The notes below the pieces were generated by a model. The model was not told the origin of the DNA. It ran no database searches and worked only from the letters and a program-made list of their open reading frames with translations. The translations under genes and the position numbers were made by a program. From Lama guanicoe (lineage: Eukaryota), in contig MU056050.1 in assembly GCA_013239625.1 (NCBI GenBank), positions 676,504 through 740,503 of the forward strand: a stretch of 64,000 nt of DNA. Direction: 5' to 3'. Positions within the stretch are counted from its first letter, which is position 1. Each line of letters starts with the position of its first letter. Below are positions 1 through 12,551 of the stretch, piece after piece.

Positions 1-309
1 TGATCTCTATGATATTCTCGGCTTTCTGCCTTAGAGGTACAGACCTCAGTGCAGGAAGAGGGTACCCAAGCAAAGAAATGGAAGTCTCACTGAGTTGAGG
101 AGCTAGAGATTTTAGTTTGGGGAGTCTGAGGTAGCTAGAGTTTGTTGTGCAGGGTACCTTGAAATTGACCATGGTTGGAGAATTTCCACCTTGGCAATCA
201 GCAAACACTATCAATCAGGGTTTTTTGTTTGTACTCATATTCCCAAAGTGCCTTTTGGTAAGCATCTATCAGCATGCTGCTGGTAGTATCCCTTGTCCTT
301 AAGTATACT

Positions 310-1040
310 GTGACTTAGAGAAATGGAGAACAGAGGGTCCAGAAATAGACCTACATATATATGTTCAGTCAATTTTTAACAAAATTGCGAAGGTAATTGA
401 CTGGAGAGAGGGTAGCCATTGTAGCAAGCGATAGCAGAACAACTGGATAACCAATGGAAAAAAAAAATGTTGGCTATTACCTCATGTCAACACAAAACCT
501 ACTTTAAATTACTTATAGAACTAACTTTAAATTGCTTATAGAACTAAACATAAAGAAACTAAAACTGTAACATTTCTAAAAGAATCTATGGGAGGAAATG
601 TTTTCAGCCTTGCACTGAAACATAGAAGGGAATAAAAAAAAGAAACCTGTTCAAGAAGAAAACTGGAAGGCAAGTCATGGGCAGGAAGAAAATATTCACA
701 TTGTATACCTCTGATAAAGGACTTTTATCCATAGTATATGAAGGACTTTTACATCTTAACAATAAGGCAAACAACACAATATGAGAAAGAAGATTTAGAC
801 ACTTCACAGAAGAAGATAGAAATATCCAATAAGTGTATTAAAAGATGTTTAACATCATTATTCAACAGAAAGTTGTAAATCAAATACACCATGAGATACC
901 ACTCTATACCCACCAGAATGGCTAAAATTAAAGTTACTGACAGTCCCAAGTTTTGGGATGGATGTGGAACAACAGGGACTCATACATTGCTGGTGGTTGT
1001 GTAAAGTTGTACAGCTACTTGGGGAAGTAGTTGGGTAGTT
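310..1040 (+). mobile_element. Ancient L1 (L1M-type) ORF2 3' region fragment
   Basis: Typical L1 text: 'ccagaaatagacctacatatatatg', 'caccatgagataccactctatacccaccagaatggctaaaatt', 'ggatgtggaacaacagggactcatacattgctggt'. The element resumes at about 1842 after an insertion. Confidence 0.85.
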
Positions 1041-1068
1041 TATTGATTTTTATTTTTATTAAGGTCAG

Positions 1069-1836
1069 TGTTGTGTATTGGTTTGATTTCAAATTCACTT
1101 TTTGATGACTTAAGTTGTTTTAATCCACTTGTTTATTACAAATTAAAACATTATTTTTAGAAATAAAGTTGTTTTGATATAAGAATGAAGAAGTAAGCTG
1201 TGTCAGGATGTCATCATTTCATCTGTTGTCATAGGTAAGCACTTAGTAGCTTGGCTGCGGAGGGCCTCCTCTGGAGGCTTATTGGTAAGAACATGAGGAG
1301 AAGCAACTGTGGCAAGGGGACATTGAGAGTATAAATACTGAGAGTTTGTGCGGAATATCCGAGAGTTTCAGTCTGGGTAAAAGCTACCCTTCGCTAATTT
1401 AGATAGCTCTTTGAAGACCTTGGGGCATTAACTCCTGCCTTGGTAAAGGCAGTGGTCCCAGCAGCAGCCAGAGATCAGCCTGACCATAGGCATAAGCACT
1501 ATTGTTCTCTAGCAATGTGTTCTAGCAACAAGGGACTTATTTTTCGCTGACATCTGGGAGTCAGCTCTTGGTTGGCAAAGCCTTCTATTGTGAGAGACCA
1601 AAACTCATAGAAAAGGTACACCGCAACTAAATTTGGACTTTATTCATCTCTCCTTGCTTAGTATAATAGGATAATTATTCTATCATATGTTTGGAGGGTA
1701 TTATTTCTTTATTGGCTTATTAGGAAACATCCTGTATTCTCTTGGCTAGTGAAATTATAATTCCCACAGTGAGTCTGTGTTAAATTGCTGGCAAAGGCAA
1801 ACAGTCTCTGAGCTTAATTTGCACCCAAACAAAATA
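1069..1836. mobile_element. Probable solo LTR (unclassified, 5-bp TSD) inserted into L1
   Basis: Interrupts a colinear L1. Starts TGTTGTGT and ends ACAAAATA (imperfect inverted termini). Flanked by GTCAG (1064-1068) and GTCAA (1837-1841). TATAAA near 1330. Confidence 0.55.
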
Positions 1837-1841
1837 GTCAA

Positions 1842-2490
1842 AATACTCCTACTATATTACCCAGCATTTTGGACTTTTAAATACTTGTATATTTAAAATA
1901 AAATGAAACAAATAAAATGAAACCTATGTCTACAAAATAACTTACACATGAATGTTCATAGCAGCTTTATTATAGTCCCAAAACAGAAATCAACCAAAAT
2001 GTCTATAAACATTTAAATGGAAAAAAGTGATATAAATACAATGGATTAATATAATTATAATTATTAATTATTATAATATAAAATAATATAATTATTAACA
2101 CTGATAATATATAATGTAATATAACATCTGATATATATTATATATATTGTTATATTATAACAATCTGATAAATTCAACAGTACAAGTTAATTTCAAAACA
2201 TTACATTGAACAAAAGAAATCAGACAACAAAAATATATATATGATCACATTTATATGAAATACTACAATATGCAAAACTGATCTGTTGGTAACAAAGTAT
2301 ATTGGTGGTTGTCTGAGGCCAGTGATGGGGTAAGGATTGACTGCACAGGGGCTGGAGGGAAATTTTTGTTGTATGGAAATATTCTGTATCTTGATTGTGG
2401 TATATTCTAGTGTACACATGTCAAAACTCATTGTACAATTAAGTCGATACATTTTACTCAGAGTTATATTCCAATGAAGTTGATTTTAAA
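1842..2490 (+). mobile_element. L1M 3' end, continuation of 310-1040, with internal AT-rich low-complexity tract (about 2045-2165)
   Basis: 'catgaatgttcatagcagctttattatag', 'gggtaaggattgactgcacaggggc...tattctgtatcttgattgtgg' are typical of L1MC/ME 3' ends. Confidence 0.8.
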
Positions 2491-3045
2491 AGAAAGCAAA
2501 GCTGATTGGAAGTTATTTATGGATGAGTGGGATTTATTTTTTTGTGAGCCTCACTGTAGGGTGACAAGCTGGTTTTTTCATTAGGGGACCACCAAATGTC
2601 AGTAGGTCTTTTCAATACAATATAGCTTTTAATAGAAACCCCCTCCCTTTTTTGTTTTTTTTTTTTTGGTGGAGTTTTGTTTCAGTTTTGTCAATTCTAA
2701 TTATATTTTATAATTACAGTTATAAGTGCAAGTGCTTTACAACAGATTTGGGAACTTAAATAGTTGACTATTAAGCATACAATTCAACTGATGGAAACTA
2801 AAGTGTAAATGAATTCTACAGTGTATTCTATTAGCTATGAACATTTAGCATTCTGAATGTATCAGTATGTTTTACAGAGGAGACTGAGAGCTTCACTTAA
2901 CCAAACTCTTACTTAACTGATGAGGTTAAGAAAGCTAAAAAATCAGTCTCCAATAGGCCAGTCCAGCCTGAGGTCAATGTTGCGAGGTTTTTGTTCCTGG
3001 GCTGGAGATCCAGGGAAGTACTTTTGTCTTAGGATAGGTCACTGG

Positions 3046-3594
3046 TGTAGGGGAAATATAAACATAAAATCTCCTGCAATCTAGTAAAACCTCTCCACAA
3101 AATGGAGAAACATAATGAAACAGTAGTATTACTGAATAAGCATTAAACCAGACAGTGAGGCTCATCACAGGCAATCACCTAAAGAGATTGTAAAGACAAA
3201 AAAGAAATCTCACTCTTCTTATATAACCAAGCAGATAACAATCCATTATATACATGTCAATGGTCTGTCCAAAGGAGAAATTTCTCATATCTTTTTGATG
3301 AGCAGAAAGTTGCATTTTAGAGCTAAATTTCCATAGAGGTGGAAATAGAGACAACTCATCTTGATGTTTTTCAAAGAGATGGCTCCCTGAACCCTAAGAA
3401 TGACATCCTTGGCATGCAAAACTGGCAAGAAACTTATTTACCATTTAAAAATATTTAGCTACATCTCAGAGTCAGAGAGAGCATTTATAATCTCAAGTTT
3501 TCTGAAGGAAATGCTAAAAGAAAAGGGAGAGGGAAGAGTTCTTTTCTGCAGTAAGGACAAATTTAAATCTTTTAGGTTTGTATTTACCCTTAAA
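3046..3594 (-). mobile_element. 3' LTR of the provirus
   Basis: Colinear similarity to 10669-11816 (e.g. 'aaacataaaat', 'ttaaaccagac', 'aaggaaatgctaaaagaaaa', 'tatttaccctta'). Adjacent purine tract on the minus strand (agaaagggaaaat) is the PPT. Confidence 0.9.
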
Positions 3595-4210
3595 ATTTTC
3601 CCTTTCTATTGCTATTTTCTAGTAAAACTATACAGTTTCTGATTATCTACAGTGCCATTTCTATCTCTCTCCAGCAACAATCTAAGTATTCATGTAAAGC
3701 TATAGTAAAATATAAAACAAAGCAATTACCAGAATTACAATAGGATGAATTAAAAAATTAGTATATCTGTCTTGGGGAAAATTTGTAAGTATATCATGCC
3801 AATGGTGAATGGTTAAAGCAGATTCTTGATTTTAACAATGCACAAAAATTCTCTTTTGTCATACATTAAGTTTACAAACTGCTGTGATGTCTTTATCATT
3901 TGTGTATTAATTGAGTATCATTTTGTTGTTCTTACTATAATCCATCCAATCCAAGTCTAATAAGCAGTTTAACTCTGGAGCCTGATAATCTAAAGTTTTA
4001 ACAGGTTTTCTTAAGACCCAATAAATTCCTCCGAGTTCTCATCAGTCATAGAAGTAACGTTAGAGAATTACAGAATAAACTAGGCCCTCCCACAATTACT
4101 CCATCTGCACAAATATTTCTCCCACATGTAAAACACAAAGACACTCATGAGCATTATCTAGTATCATCGTCCTACTATGAGGCTCCCATTGAAGGGTGTA
4201 TATTAAACTT

Positions 4211-4741
4211 TGGAGGGGAGGAAAAATAACTTTCCCTCTCCCCTTCTAGGTTCTTGGCTTAAACCCCTCTGTAATAAAAGATTAACAGGAGAAAAACTTA
4301 ACAGAAGTTTAATAACATTTATACCTCCTAAATACATGGGAGAGACCCAGGAAAACTGAGTCACTCTCCAAAATGGCCCAAGCCTACACCTAATATAAGA
4401 TTTCCAGCTAAAGACAAAAGCTATTGGGGGTGGGGGGACGTGGCAGTTGTGGGAGATTATCAGGCGAAACACAGAAAACGAGGGTGTGGTGGTTATGCAG
4501 ATTTAAGTTGCTTCCTTCTCCATTGATAAAAGATTTAATCATCTTTCTCTTCTAGTACAGAAAGGGAGACACTCTTAGGAATGGAGATTTCCCTTATAAA
4601 AGTAAATGTCTCTTAGAAAAGGGTAACTTCTATTCTACTAATAGCTTTTCCTATATCTGTTGTTTCTTAAAAATAACCAACTCAAGGTAATCCTTATACC
4701 AAAGAGGCATATTTTGTGGTGGCAAATTCTGCTCCCCTTCA
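4211..4741 (-). mobile_element. MER34-like ERV1 solo LTR nested in the provirus
   Basis: Minus strand begins tgaaggggagcagaatttgccaccacaaaatatgcc. Perfect 4-bp TSD ACTT (4207-4210 and 4742-4745). Confidence 0.9.
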
Positions 4742-5321
4742 ACTTCCAGTGTTGGATGTACATGGCTCTAATCATTTGAAATCTAGGGGGCAAACCTAAC
4801 CTATGAGGCATTTTTCACCTTGGTCTAAGTTTGTAGTTATCCATGGATATTTAATTAACTATTATAATAACATAACAGGCATGTTTATCCATACAAGGAA
4901 TGGAAAAACTTATATCCCAAAGTGATTAATAGTGACATTAGATCTGTCTTCTGTTGTCTCTTCCATAAATGCTAAATTTGTATTTTTCCATTAGTCAGAT
5001 GCTTTTCTATACCACCCTTCCAATTAAACTCATTAAAAAAAATTTTGTGTCAAATCTGAGGCTTGAGTATTTGTATGCATATTAGTTACTTTTACTTTAA
5101 TATTATTAAAAATTAATAATGAATATGCTTCTATTTTTTCTGCCAATAATCAGATTGTTGGATTTATAAGTCCAGGCCATGTCCATTCTGGGAATATAGT
5201 TCAGAGCTGATGAGAAATCTGCTGTGACTTTAGGAACCATTATGGAAGTACAGAAAGAGAGTAGTGTAACAAATAACCCATTTTGTCTTCTATTAAAATG
5301 TGATTATTACAGTAACTGAAA

Positions 5322-5387
5322 TAACCACTAACTCACTATTATACCACTATTCACTAACCACTAACTCACTGTTATACCACTATTCAC
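5322..5387. repeat. 33-bp tandem duplication (2 copies, 1 mismatch)
   Basis: taaccactaactcact(a/g)ttataccactattcac repeated twice. Confidence 0.95.
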
Positions 5388-5599
5388 TAATACTTTGAAT
5401 AAGATAACAAGGCTGTCTGAGAATAGTAACAGGTTCATTAGAACACCTCCTTTCAGTTGAGTTCAGTACCAACACAGTTTATTCTAGAAAATTTAAGTTT
5501 CAAGTCCTTTGTGGAAACCACAGTTCAGTCCTCTTGAAGAGCTGGTTTCATGTGGGAAGCATGAATCAATCTGGGTTTTCTTTTACTCTGATAGCTTTT

Positions 5600-8330
5600 T
5601 GGGTGATCAACAGCACTTGAAGTGGTCCCTCTGTGTGGTGACAGCCCATCTTCCCTCCAGAACACTTTTATGTAAACTAAATTGCCCAGTTTGATAGGGG
5701 TGGCAGACTTCCAGTAGGTTCCTCCAGGCCCTTCTGACTTGCTCTGGGGCTTCTAGGTAAGAGAAAAGCCATTTTTAGCTATTGAACATGATTATGAGAG
5801 AATTCAGTTGAATCGAGGCAGAGAAGTGATTTCAAACCCAAATTCACAATCCTGCCAAATGTAAGCTCAAAGAGAGAAAGAGAGAGAACATTAATGCTTG
5901 CAAGAGCACCTCTACCTTTTAACAAAGCTAGTGGTAAATCTCTAGGCCATTTTATCCATAGATTGCTGAATCTTAGCCAATGAGTTTGTGAGTTTTGAGT
6001 CTTCCATTCTACCTGGAGTATGATAGCTCTTAGGAATCTGCAAACATAATCTACATAATTCCTGGACAGTGGTGGACATAAAATGATTTCCTCCATCTGA
6101 TTTAGTAAGCTCTGGGGTCCCCTAAAGTGGGGATTATGTGCATTAAGAGAGATTTGAACTCACTGCCTGGGCACCTGTTTTTGAAAAGGGAAAAGACTAG
6201 AGGCCATTCAGACATCATACATACCACAACTAGACAAACTCTTACCTTCCACAGGCATTAATTCTATGAAATATAACTGCCATCTGGTTCCTGGCAAAGT
6301 TGGTCAAGGAAAACTTTCTGCTCCTACCTTGGGAGTGGTCTGTAAAGAATTCTGCTGACAAATAACAAATCTCTTTAATACACTTTGAATAATTTAATCA
6401 TTCTGCTAGATGGAGTAAGAGTCTAGGGCCTTTAAAAAAAACCCTTTTCAGTTTAATTTTGTTAACATAATAATTAATCAAGTGAATAAAGTCTTTGATA
6501 CAGGAATTTGTTAGTAATTCCTATAGTCCAGTTGAATTTCTTTTAGCCCCTCTTTCAATCCATTTTTTTCATTTCCCTTTGTGAAACTTGTTTTTGAAAA
6601 TGAACAGAGGTTTTTAGTATTAAAAGTGGGGCTTCTAAATTTGGAGTCTGTCATGTTTTAACAGCAGCTTTTACAGCTCTTTCAGCAAAATCATTGCCTT
6701 TAGAAATTTCGTCATTTCGCCCTGTGTGAGCTCTACAATGGATTACTGATAATCTGAGTAGGCAGTTGTAAAGCCTCTAACAAACCAGCTTTCAATTCTC
6801 CATGAGATGTTTAAGTTCTCATAGAAATCAAGAATCATCTATTTTTCTAAATTTGCTCTGTTGCGTGACAGACACCAAACACATATTTACCATTAGTATA
6901 TATATTTGCTTTTAATTTAACTAGGAATTTCAGCTCTGGTATCTGCTATTAATTTACCTGCTCGTGCCAACTTAATTCCAGACAAAACATAAGCTTCATG
7001 GTAAGTCACCACAGTATAGAAAACTTTAAATTGGCCACTTTTGTCTTCAGTAAATGACCCATTAAGTAAACATGAAATGTGCCTTTTGAAAAGGATTATC
7101 CAATAAATCAGACTGGGGTCTAGTGTTTTCTTCTATTACCATTCTACAATCATGATCGTCTATTTGATTAGGATCTGGTAAAAGCATAGCAGGTTTAAGA
7201 GATTGCATCTTCTAAGCACAATGCTAGGAGTGGATAATAGTGCTTGTTCGTAGCCTGACAGTGCACCAGCAAACGCTGGGTGTTAAGCACTTGTAAGATA
7301 ACTATCACCACGTAAGGGATACTCAAATTAACCACCCGATGCCAGGGCTTTAGCCTTTCAGGAAGTGTAGTGGCTATCGCCACACATCAGAGGCATCTGG
7401 GCATTCCCAGTGCCAGGGCACCCAGATCCGTCTATTCTAATTCCAACCTTAGAGTTAAAGTTCTACTAACAGTACCTTTATTTTCAGGACAAAAAATGGA
7501 AAGGTTTTACAAAATGCGGAATTCCCAACTCTGGGGAAGAGACTATAGCCAACTGCAATTGTTTAAATGCCTCTTGTGATTCTAGGGACCAAACCAGAGG
7601 ATCTGAAGAATTATCATGCAGTTGCATTGTCAGAGGTTTTGCCTGCTCTGCAAAAACTGGAATTCACTGTAACATTATTACTCATTTTTTTTCAGTTTGG
7701 CAATATTGCTTACTCTTAAGCTCCTGTGAAGTCAAAGTACTAATTTTGCATTATGCTTTAATTTTTGATGCTGCCAGAAAGTCATCTATATATTGAATAA
7801 TTATAGATCCTCCTGGTGGGACACATCCCTATTTTCTTAAGTGACTAGGGAAAACAGTATAAAGGTCCCAAAACCTTTTGGACTCTTCTAACTTTGTAAG
7901 ACTTATGACTCCTTCATGAGTAAAACCAAACAAAAATACAGACTCATTTGCTATAAGAAAAAGGGAAAAAAATAGAATATATATCAACTACAGTGAAAAA
8001 CTTCATGGACAATGGTACTAAAGTCAGAATACTTGCAGGGTTAGGAATTATATAGATTAATGCAACTGAAAATTTATTTACTTCTGTAAGATATACAAAT
8101 CTGTATAGCAGTCGACTGTATCAAATTTATCTTCTTTCTTTACTAGAAGTATAGGAGTATTACAGGGTGAGCACACTTTTAAAAGTATCCCTTTTACTCC
8201 TAATGTTTTATAGTTACTTTTATTCCTTCAAATTGAGTTCTAAACAAAGGATATTTTGTTTTACACATGGCCATGGCTTATGCTGTTTGTAAGCTATTTA
8301 CTGTTCTCTGTTTCAAATTAAACCAAGTAA
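5600..8330 (-). pseudogene. pol: Decayed retroviral pol (RT, RNase H, integrase)
   Basis: Minus-strand translations: CSPCNTPILLVKK, PNPASILTLVP..KFFTVVD, IQYIDDFL (YIDD at 7781-7792), IHCRAHTGRNDEISKGNDFAERAVKAA (RNase H), WQLYFIELMP, GTPELTKSDGGNHF, KWPRDLPLALL and LSLFELTFGR (integrase). Many stops and frameshifts. Confidence 0.92.
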
Positions 8331-8357
8331 TAGCCCAAAGCAATGCATCAGTTTGTT

Positions 8358-8700
8358 TCAGCCCTGGCACGTAGTAACCAAATCAGATGATTTTCTCCAA
8401 GGGAGCTCAGCAAACACTCCAGCTGGAGTACAGAATATGGCAGCCTTAAAATTGCACAGCAGGTCTCTCCTGAATAGGTTAACAGGAGAATCCGGAGAAA
8501 ATAAGAAAGCATGCTCCTCAGTCTGAGGAACAATCTGTATGGGAATCACTGAGGAAAAGGAACAGTTAGAAGGCTGACATGAAATACCAACAACCTGTAT
8601 TAATCTATCACTTAGATGCAAAATGAAACATTGACAAGTTAATTGCAGAATAAGTAGCACCAGCATCTACTGGAAAAGGCAAGGATAGGTTAGCCTGAGG
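8358..8700 (-). pseudogene. pro: Decayed retroviral aspartic protease
   Basis: LPFPVDAGATYS (decayed DTGA motif) near 8650-8685 and HAFLFSPDSPVNLFRRDLL (NLLGRDLL-like) in ORF 8358..8666. Confidence 0.9.
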
Positions 8701-8779
8701 GAAAGTTATTGAAGCATATGGTTTGCCAGTTCCCATCTCTGAGATTTCCCCAGTCTGTCAATTTTGAGCCATTTGCCAA

Positions 8780-10420
8780 TTATCTCCTAGGTAAGGATTT
8801 TGTCCTTTGGGCTTTCTTGATTCCCTTGCTGCAATTTTTCCGCCTCCTGGAGTTTCTTCCTACAATCTCTCCTCCAGTAGCATGGCTTTTTGCAATAATG
8901 ATGTACAATTTTCCCTTCTTCCTTTGCTCCCTGCATAGATTGACTAGAGTAGGATTACTCCCTGCAGTAAATAGTTTAACTGAGCAGCTAACACTTTTTC
9001 CCCACGCTTTTGTCATTCTCTGTATTGCCACAAAACTAAGTAGCTGCTGTTAAGATTTGAGTAACGGTCTGTCCTTGCCACCCTATTACCCTTTCCCTGA
9101 CGTGAATTTGGATAGTTGGTAAGAGAGCCAAGACAAAGCTGTATAGGACTAGAGGGTGATTTTGATCTGCCCTTGGATCCATGCCAGCGAATTGTGAGAA
9201 AGCAACACATGACTGACAGAAATAATTGGGGACGCATCATTAGCAGAAAGGCTTTAAGTATGGCCATTAGCAACACTTCTTGATAGGTTTTTAAAGCTCT
9301 TAATTCTTCCACAGTTGTAGTGGGCGGCCAATAGCTTCCCTTGGCCACTATACCCACTGAGGTGGGTCACCTTCTAGTCCCCAACATGTTTGCTCTACAG
9401 CCTAAGTGAAGTCTGCTGGTTGCAGAATTCCCTGTAGCAGCCAGTGCACATCCCCATATGTGGGGCTACAAACTGAAAACATCATGTGGAGTACTTCTGT
9501 GAGTCTTTTGGGGCACATGAAAAGAAATCTTTAAATGACTAGTATCAGCTGATGAGAAAGGCATATGGATTACCTGGGAGGCCTGGGTAGCTTTTCCATG
9601 GCGTCAGCTTCGCAGGTGATCTGAATAGGAAGGGCTGGTTTCCCTTATATTGAGACAAGAAAAATGTAGGATTGTATGGCACTTTCTTTTCTTTTCCCAT
9701 GTGGCTATTTATCAGGCCTAACACCTTTGTCTTTTCCCATGTGGCCAGGGCAGCTACTCCATCCTGTTGCCTTTATATAGGGACACAGTCTTTTATCCAA
9801 ATTCTCGTCTGTTCCCCAATCACATTTCTCCATCCTGTTTGCTCTTCTAGCTACGTGGTGTTTTTGCTAAGAGACTCCTAGAGGTGGATTCAAGGGCTGA
9901 GACATGAAGAGGACTCAGGCTAGGACATGAGGCATAGAAACGTGCCCTCCTCAAGCAGGGCAAATAATTCATTATCAGCTCGAGAAGCTGTGCGCTTGTC
10001 TCTCCTTGAAGGGAAATCTAATGGAAGGAGCCACCCATCTGAAAGATCACTGCCTTCTTCCCAGGAGTCAACTTGATGTAGGGAAAGATGAAGAGAGCTG
10101 GAACAATAGAGAAAGCAGCTCTATGTAAGAGAAAGTGACTTTAATTCTTGCATTTCCTCTTGATTTCTCTGAACCATTCCTTTTGGTTATCAAATAATTT
10201 TTCACTTTCTCCTTAGAATGATAGTCATCTCATAAATACCAATAATTTATATGCTTGGAATGAGGCACTTCTAAGAACCCTTTTAAATGTTAATTTGTCC
10301 AAACGAAAAGAGACAGTCCTCAGGCCACTGTAAGACTGGTTTCTCAGTCTTACATCCATTCCAAATGTGACAGAGGTATTAGCAATTTAAGAAAGACCCG
10401 TGATAACATTTCTGGCTTCC
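8780..10420 (-). pseudogene. gag: Decayed gag with zinc-knuckle remnant
   Basis: HHYCKKPCYWRRDCRK near 8860-8910 is a degenerate CCHC knuckle. It lies between the PBS and protease. Boundaries approximate. Confidence 0.75.
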
Positions 10421-10647
10421 CCTATTTTTCTACCATCAAAGTCAATGGTGATCCTGACAGGATTTTAGAACTGGTATCACCTATTATAATAAAATCTTGA
10501 ATTTGAAGAAGGTAATTCATCTGGCTAGTATTCCAAAAGAGTGGAGAGCTAGAAAGGAGAATTTTTATAATTCAGAGTCTCTTACATGACTGTTGCGTGG
10601 CCACAAGAACTTTAGCTGACTCATTCAATTCAGAAATTGCCAGATGG

Positions 10648-10665
10648 ATCCTATCCTCATTGCCA
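10648..10665 (-). other. Primer-binding site, tRNA-Ser(GCT) type
   Basis: Minus strand TGGCAATGAGGATAGGAT versus the recalled tRNA-Ser(GCT) complement TGGCGACGAGGATGGGAT: 15/18, two differences being CpG decay. It lies 3 nt from the LTR end. Confidence 0.8.
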
Positions 10666-10668
10666 AAT

Positions 10669-11816
10669 TGTTGGGGAAATAACAAACATAAAATTTCCTG
10701 CCAATCCAATAACATCTCTCTATAAAACATGGAAAAGAATGAAAGAGTTTTATTAATTGGTAAGTGTTAAACCAGACTGCGATGTGCAGCATAGGCAATC
10801 TGCTAAAGAGGTTTGTAGGGGAGCAAAACTGCCACCCCAAAATATGCCTCTTTGGCATGAGGCTTAATTTAGGCTGGCTATTTTTGAGGCTCAAAAGACT
10901 CTTTGGGCCTTAAAGGAAACTTTGACCTTCCCTCAACTGCCTAAAAGAATTTAGATAGAGGGCCTGTTCCTGGAGTAGTTATCACCAGAACTGTCTGCAA
11001 AGAATGTGGGCAAGGTGTGGTGGCGGAAGCTCTAGGCAGGGCCTAAAGATCCAAGTCTACCCTGTGTCCTATTGTCTCTGCATGGCTCAGCAAACACGTG
11101 TTCACCAAACATTTGCTTTTCTATCTCCATATGAATTGCCTTTCTCCCCTTTGAACTCCCAAACCTTTACCCCTATCCTCTTCTTTTTTCGCTGAAGATG
11201 GTATTGCAGGTGAAGGCTTCAGCCATTTTGGGGAGTTCCTCAGTTTTCTTGGGTTTCTCCCGTGTACACATATAATTAAACTTTCGTCTGATTTTTCTCC
11301 TGTTAATTTGTCTTATGTCATTTTAATTCTTAGACCAGCCAGAAAAACTTAGAAGGGTAGAGGAAAAGTTCTTCCTCCCTGATATTCAGAGACAAAATAG
11401 AACTCTCACCTTTTATATACATGTTAATGTGTTAACAAGTATGTTTTATATATGTTAATCCATGACATACACATTAATTGTATATATCTCAAAAATAAAA
11501 TTTCTCATCTTTTTTTTATAAGCAAGAAATTACATCTTGGAGCTGAACTCTCAGAGAGGAAGGTAGGGCACCACTTAGTGTTCACTTTTCAAAGAAATGG
11601 CTCTTAGGACCCCAGGAATGATATTTCTGGGATGTAAAACTGCAAGAGGCTTTATCTAGTTTTGAAAGGTTTACATACATTTCAAAGAGGCAGAGCTACC
11701 ATTTATAATTTCAAGCTTTCTTAAGGAAATGCTAAAAGAAAATGGAAGGAGGAAAGTTCTGTACTTCTTTGCACTAGGGAAAATTTTAATGTTTTTAGAT
11801 TTTATTTACCCTTACA
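10669..11816 (-). mobile_element. 5' LTR of the provirus, split by a nested LTR
   Basis: TG...CA termini. Matches 3046-3594 once 10814-11384 is removed. Confidence 0.9.
10814..11384 (+). mobile_element. MER34-like ERV1 solo LTR nested in the 5' LTR
   Basis: Begins tgtaggggagcaaaactgccaccccaaaatatgcctctttggc, contains ATTAAA, and its 3' end resembles the other copies. Right boundary is uncertain by a few nt. Confidence 0.85.
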
Positions 11817-11952
11817 TTGGCAAGAAAAAATCAAAGTCACAGTGCTAGAGGGCCTGACTATCTAATATATTACTTGGATAGGGACTCACATAGGAAGAAG
11901 AAAAGGCCTTAGTAACTGGAACTAGAGTATGAGGTGAGCACTGGCTTTCAGG

Positions 11953-12301
11953 TGTTAAGAACAAAACAACAAAATGGAGTTACTTACGCTAAGCCCCAGG
12001 TCACCAAACTGAGACTTAATTACAGTTTTGGCTCTCCCGGAAATGGAATCTCAGCCCAATTAGGAATCACCTTATCAGCACTATTTAGGTAATCTGCCTA
12101 CTAATCCCTGCCACCCCCTAAAGGAAAGTAACCTTGCAATAACCAATCTGCTTTCTTGTTCTTTTCTGCCTGTAAAAGTGACTCATTTTATACAGCTCCT
12201 CGAAGCTCCTTTCTATTTGCTAGATAGAATATTGCAGATTTAAATTGATTTTTACTCAAATAAACTTAAAATTTGTATATGCCTCAGTTCATCTTTTAAC
12301 A
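11953..12301 (+). mobile_element. ERV1-type solo LTR (third family)
   Basis: TGTTAA...TTAACA inverted termini, CCAAT boxes, AATAAA near the 3' end, TSD CAGG/CAGT. Confidence 0.85.
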
Positions 12302-12551
12302 CAGTAAAGGGGCAGTGCCCCATTAAAAATGGAGCATAAGATCAGGGTTGGAGTAGCAAGAGGGATTTGATGCTGGGTTAGACAGATCTGGGCTAGAGCT
12401 GCTTAAACACTTCTGATTTGTGTGGCGTGCAGGACTCAGCCTGCAGATGGTCTGGGTCACAGAGCCTCAGCTTCAGTAAAGAAAAAGCACTCTGGGCCCA
12501 GAAACAAGAATGTTAGAAGTTACAAGGAGACAGATTTTGTGTACAGAGGGC

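Larger units (their letters stand above)
3610..5500 (-). pseudogene. Putative env remnant of the provirus
   Basis: Assigned mainly by position between integrase and the 3' LTR. No open frame and no clear ISD or CX6CC motif read. Confidence 0.4.
3046..11816 (-). mobile_element. Full-length decayed class I (ERV1) provirus: LTR-gag-pro-pol-(env)-LTR
   Basis: Homologous LTRs at 3046-3594 and 10669-11816; 4-bp TSD CTGG/TTGG; PBS next to the right LTR; PPT next to the left LTR; gag, PR, RT, RNase H and IN motifs in the expected order. Confidence 0.93.

Noticed and set aside
2647..2940. Processed-pseudogene 3' fragment behind the T-run
   Set aside because: No polyA signal at a suitable distance, no TSD and no parent gene recognised.
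5322..5390. CRISPR-like repeat
   Set aside because: Two adjacent copies with no spacers, in mammalian DNA.
3610..5500. Syncytin-like captured env
   Set aside because: No long ORF, and the region is interrupted by a solo LTR.
5779..9357. ORFs of 83-114 aa as functional or domesticated retroviral genes
   Set aside because: Catalytic motifs are degenerate (DAG protease, broken CCHC) and the frames are fragmented.
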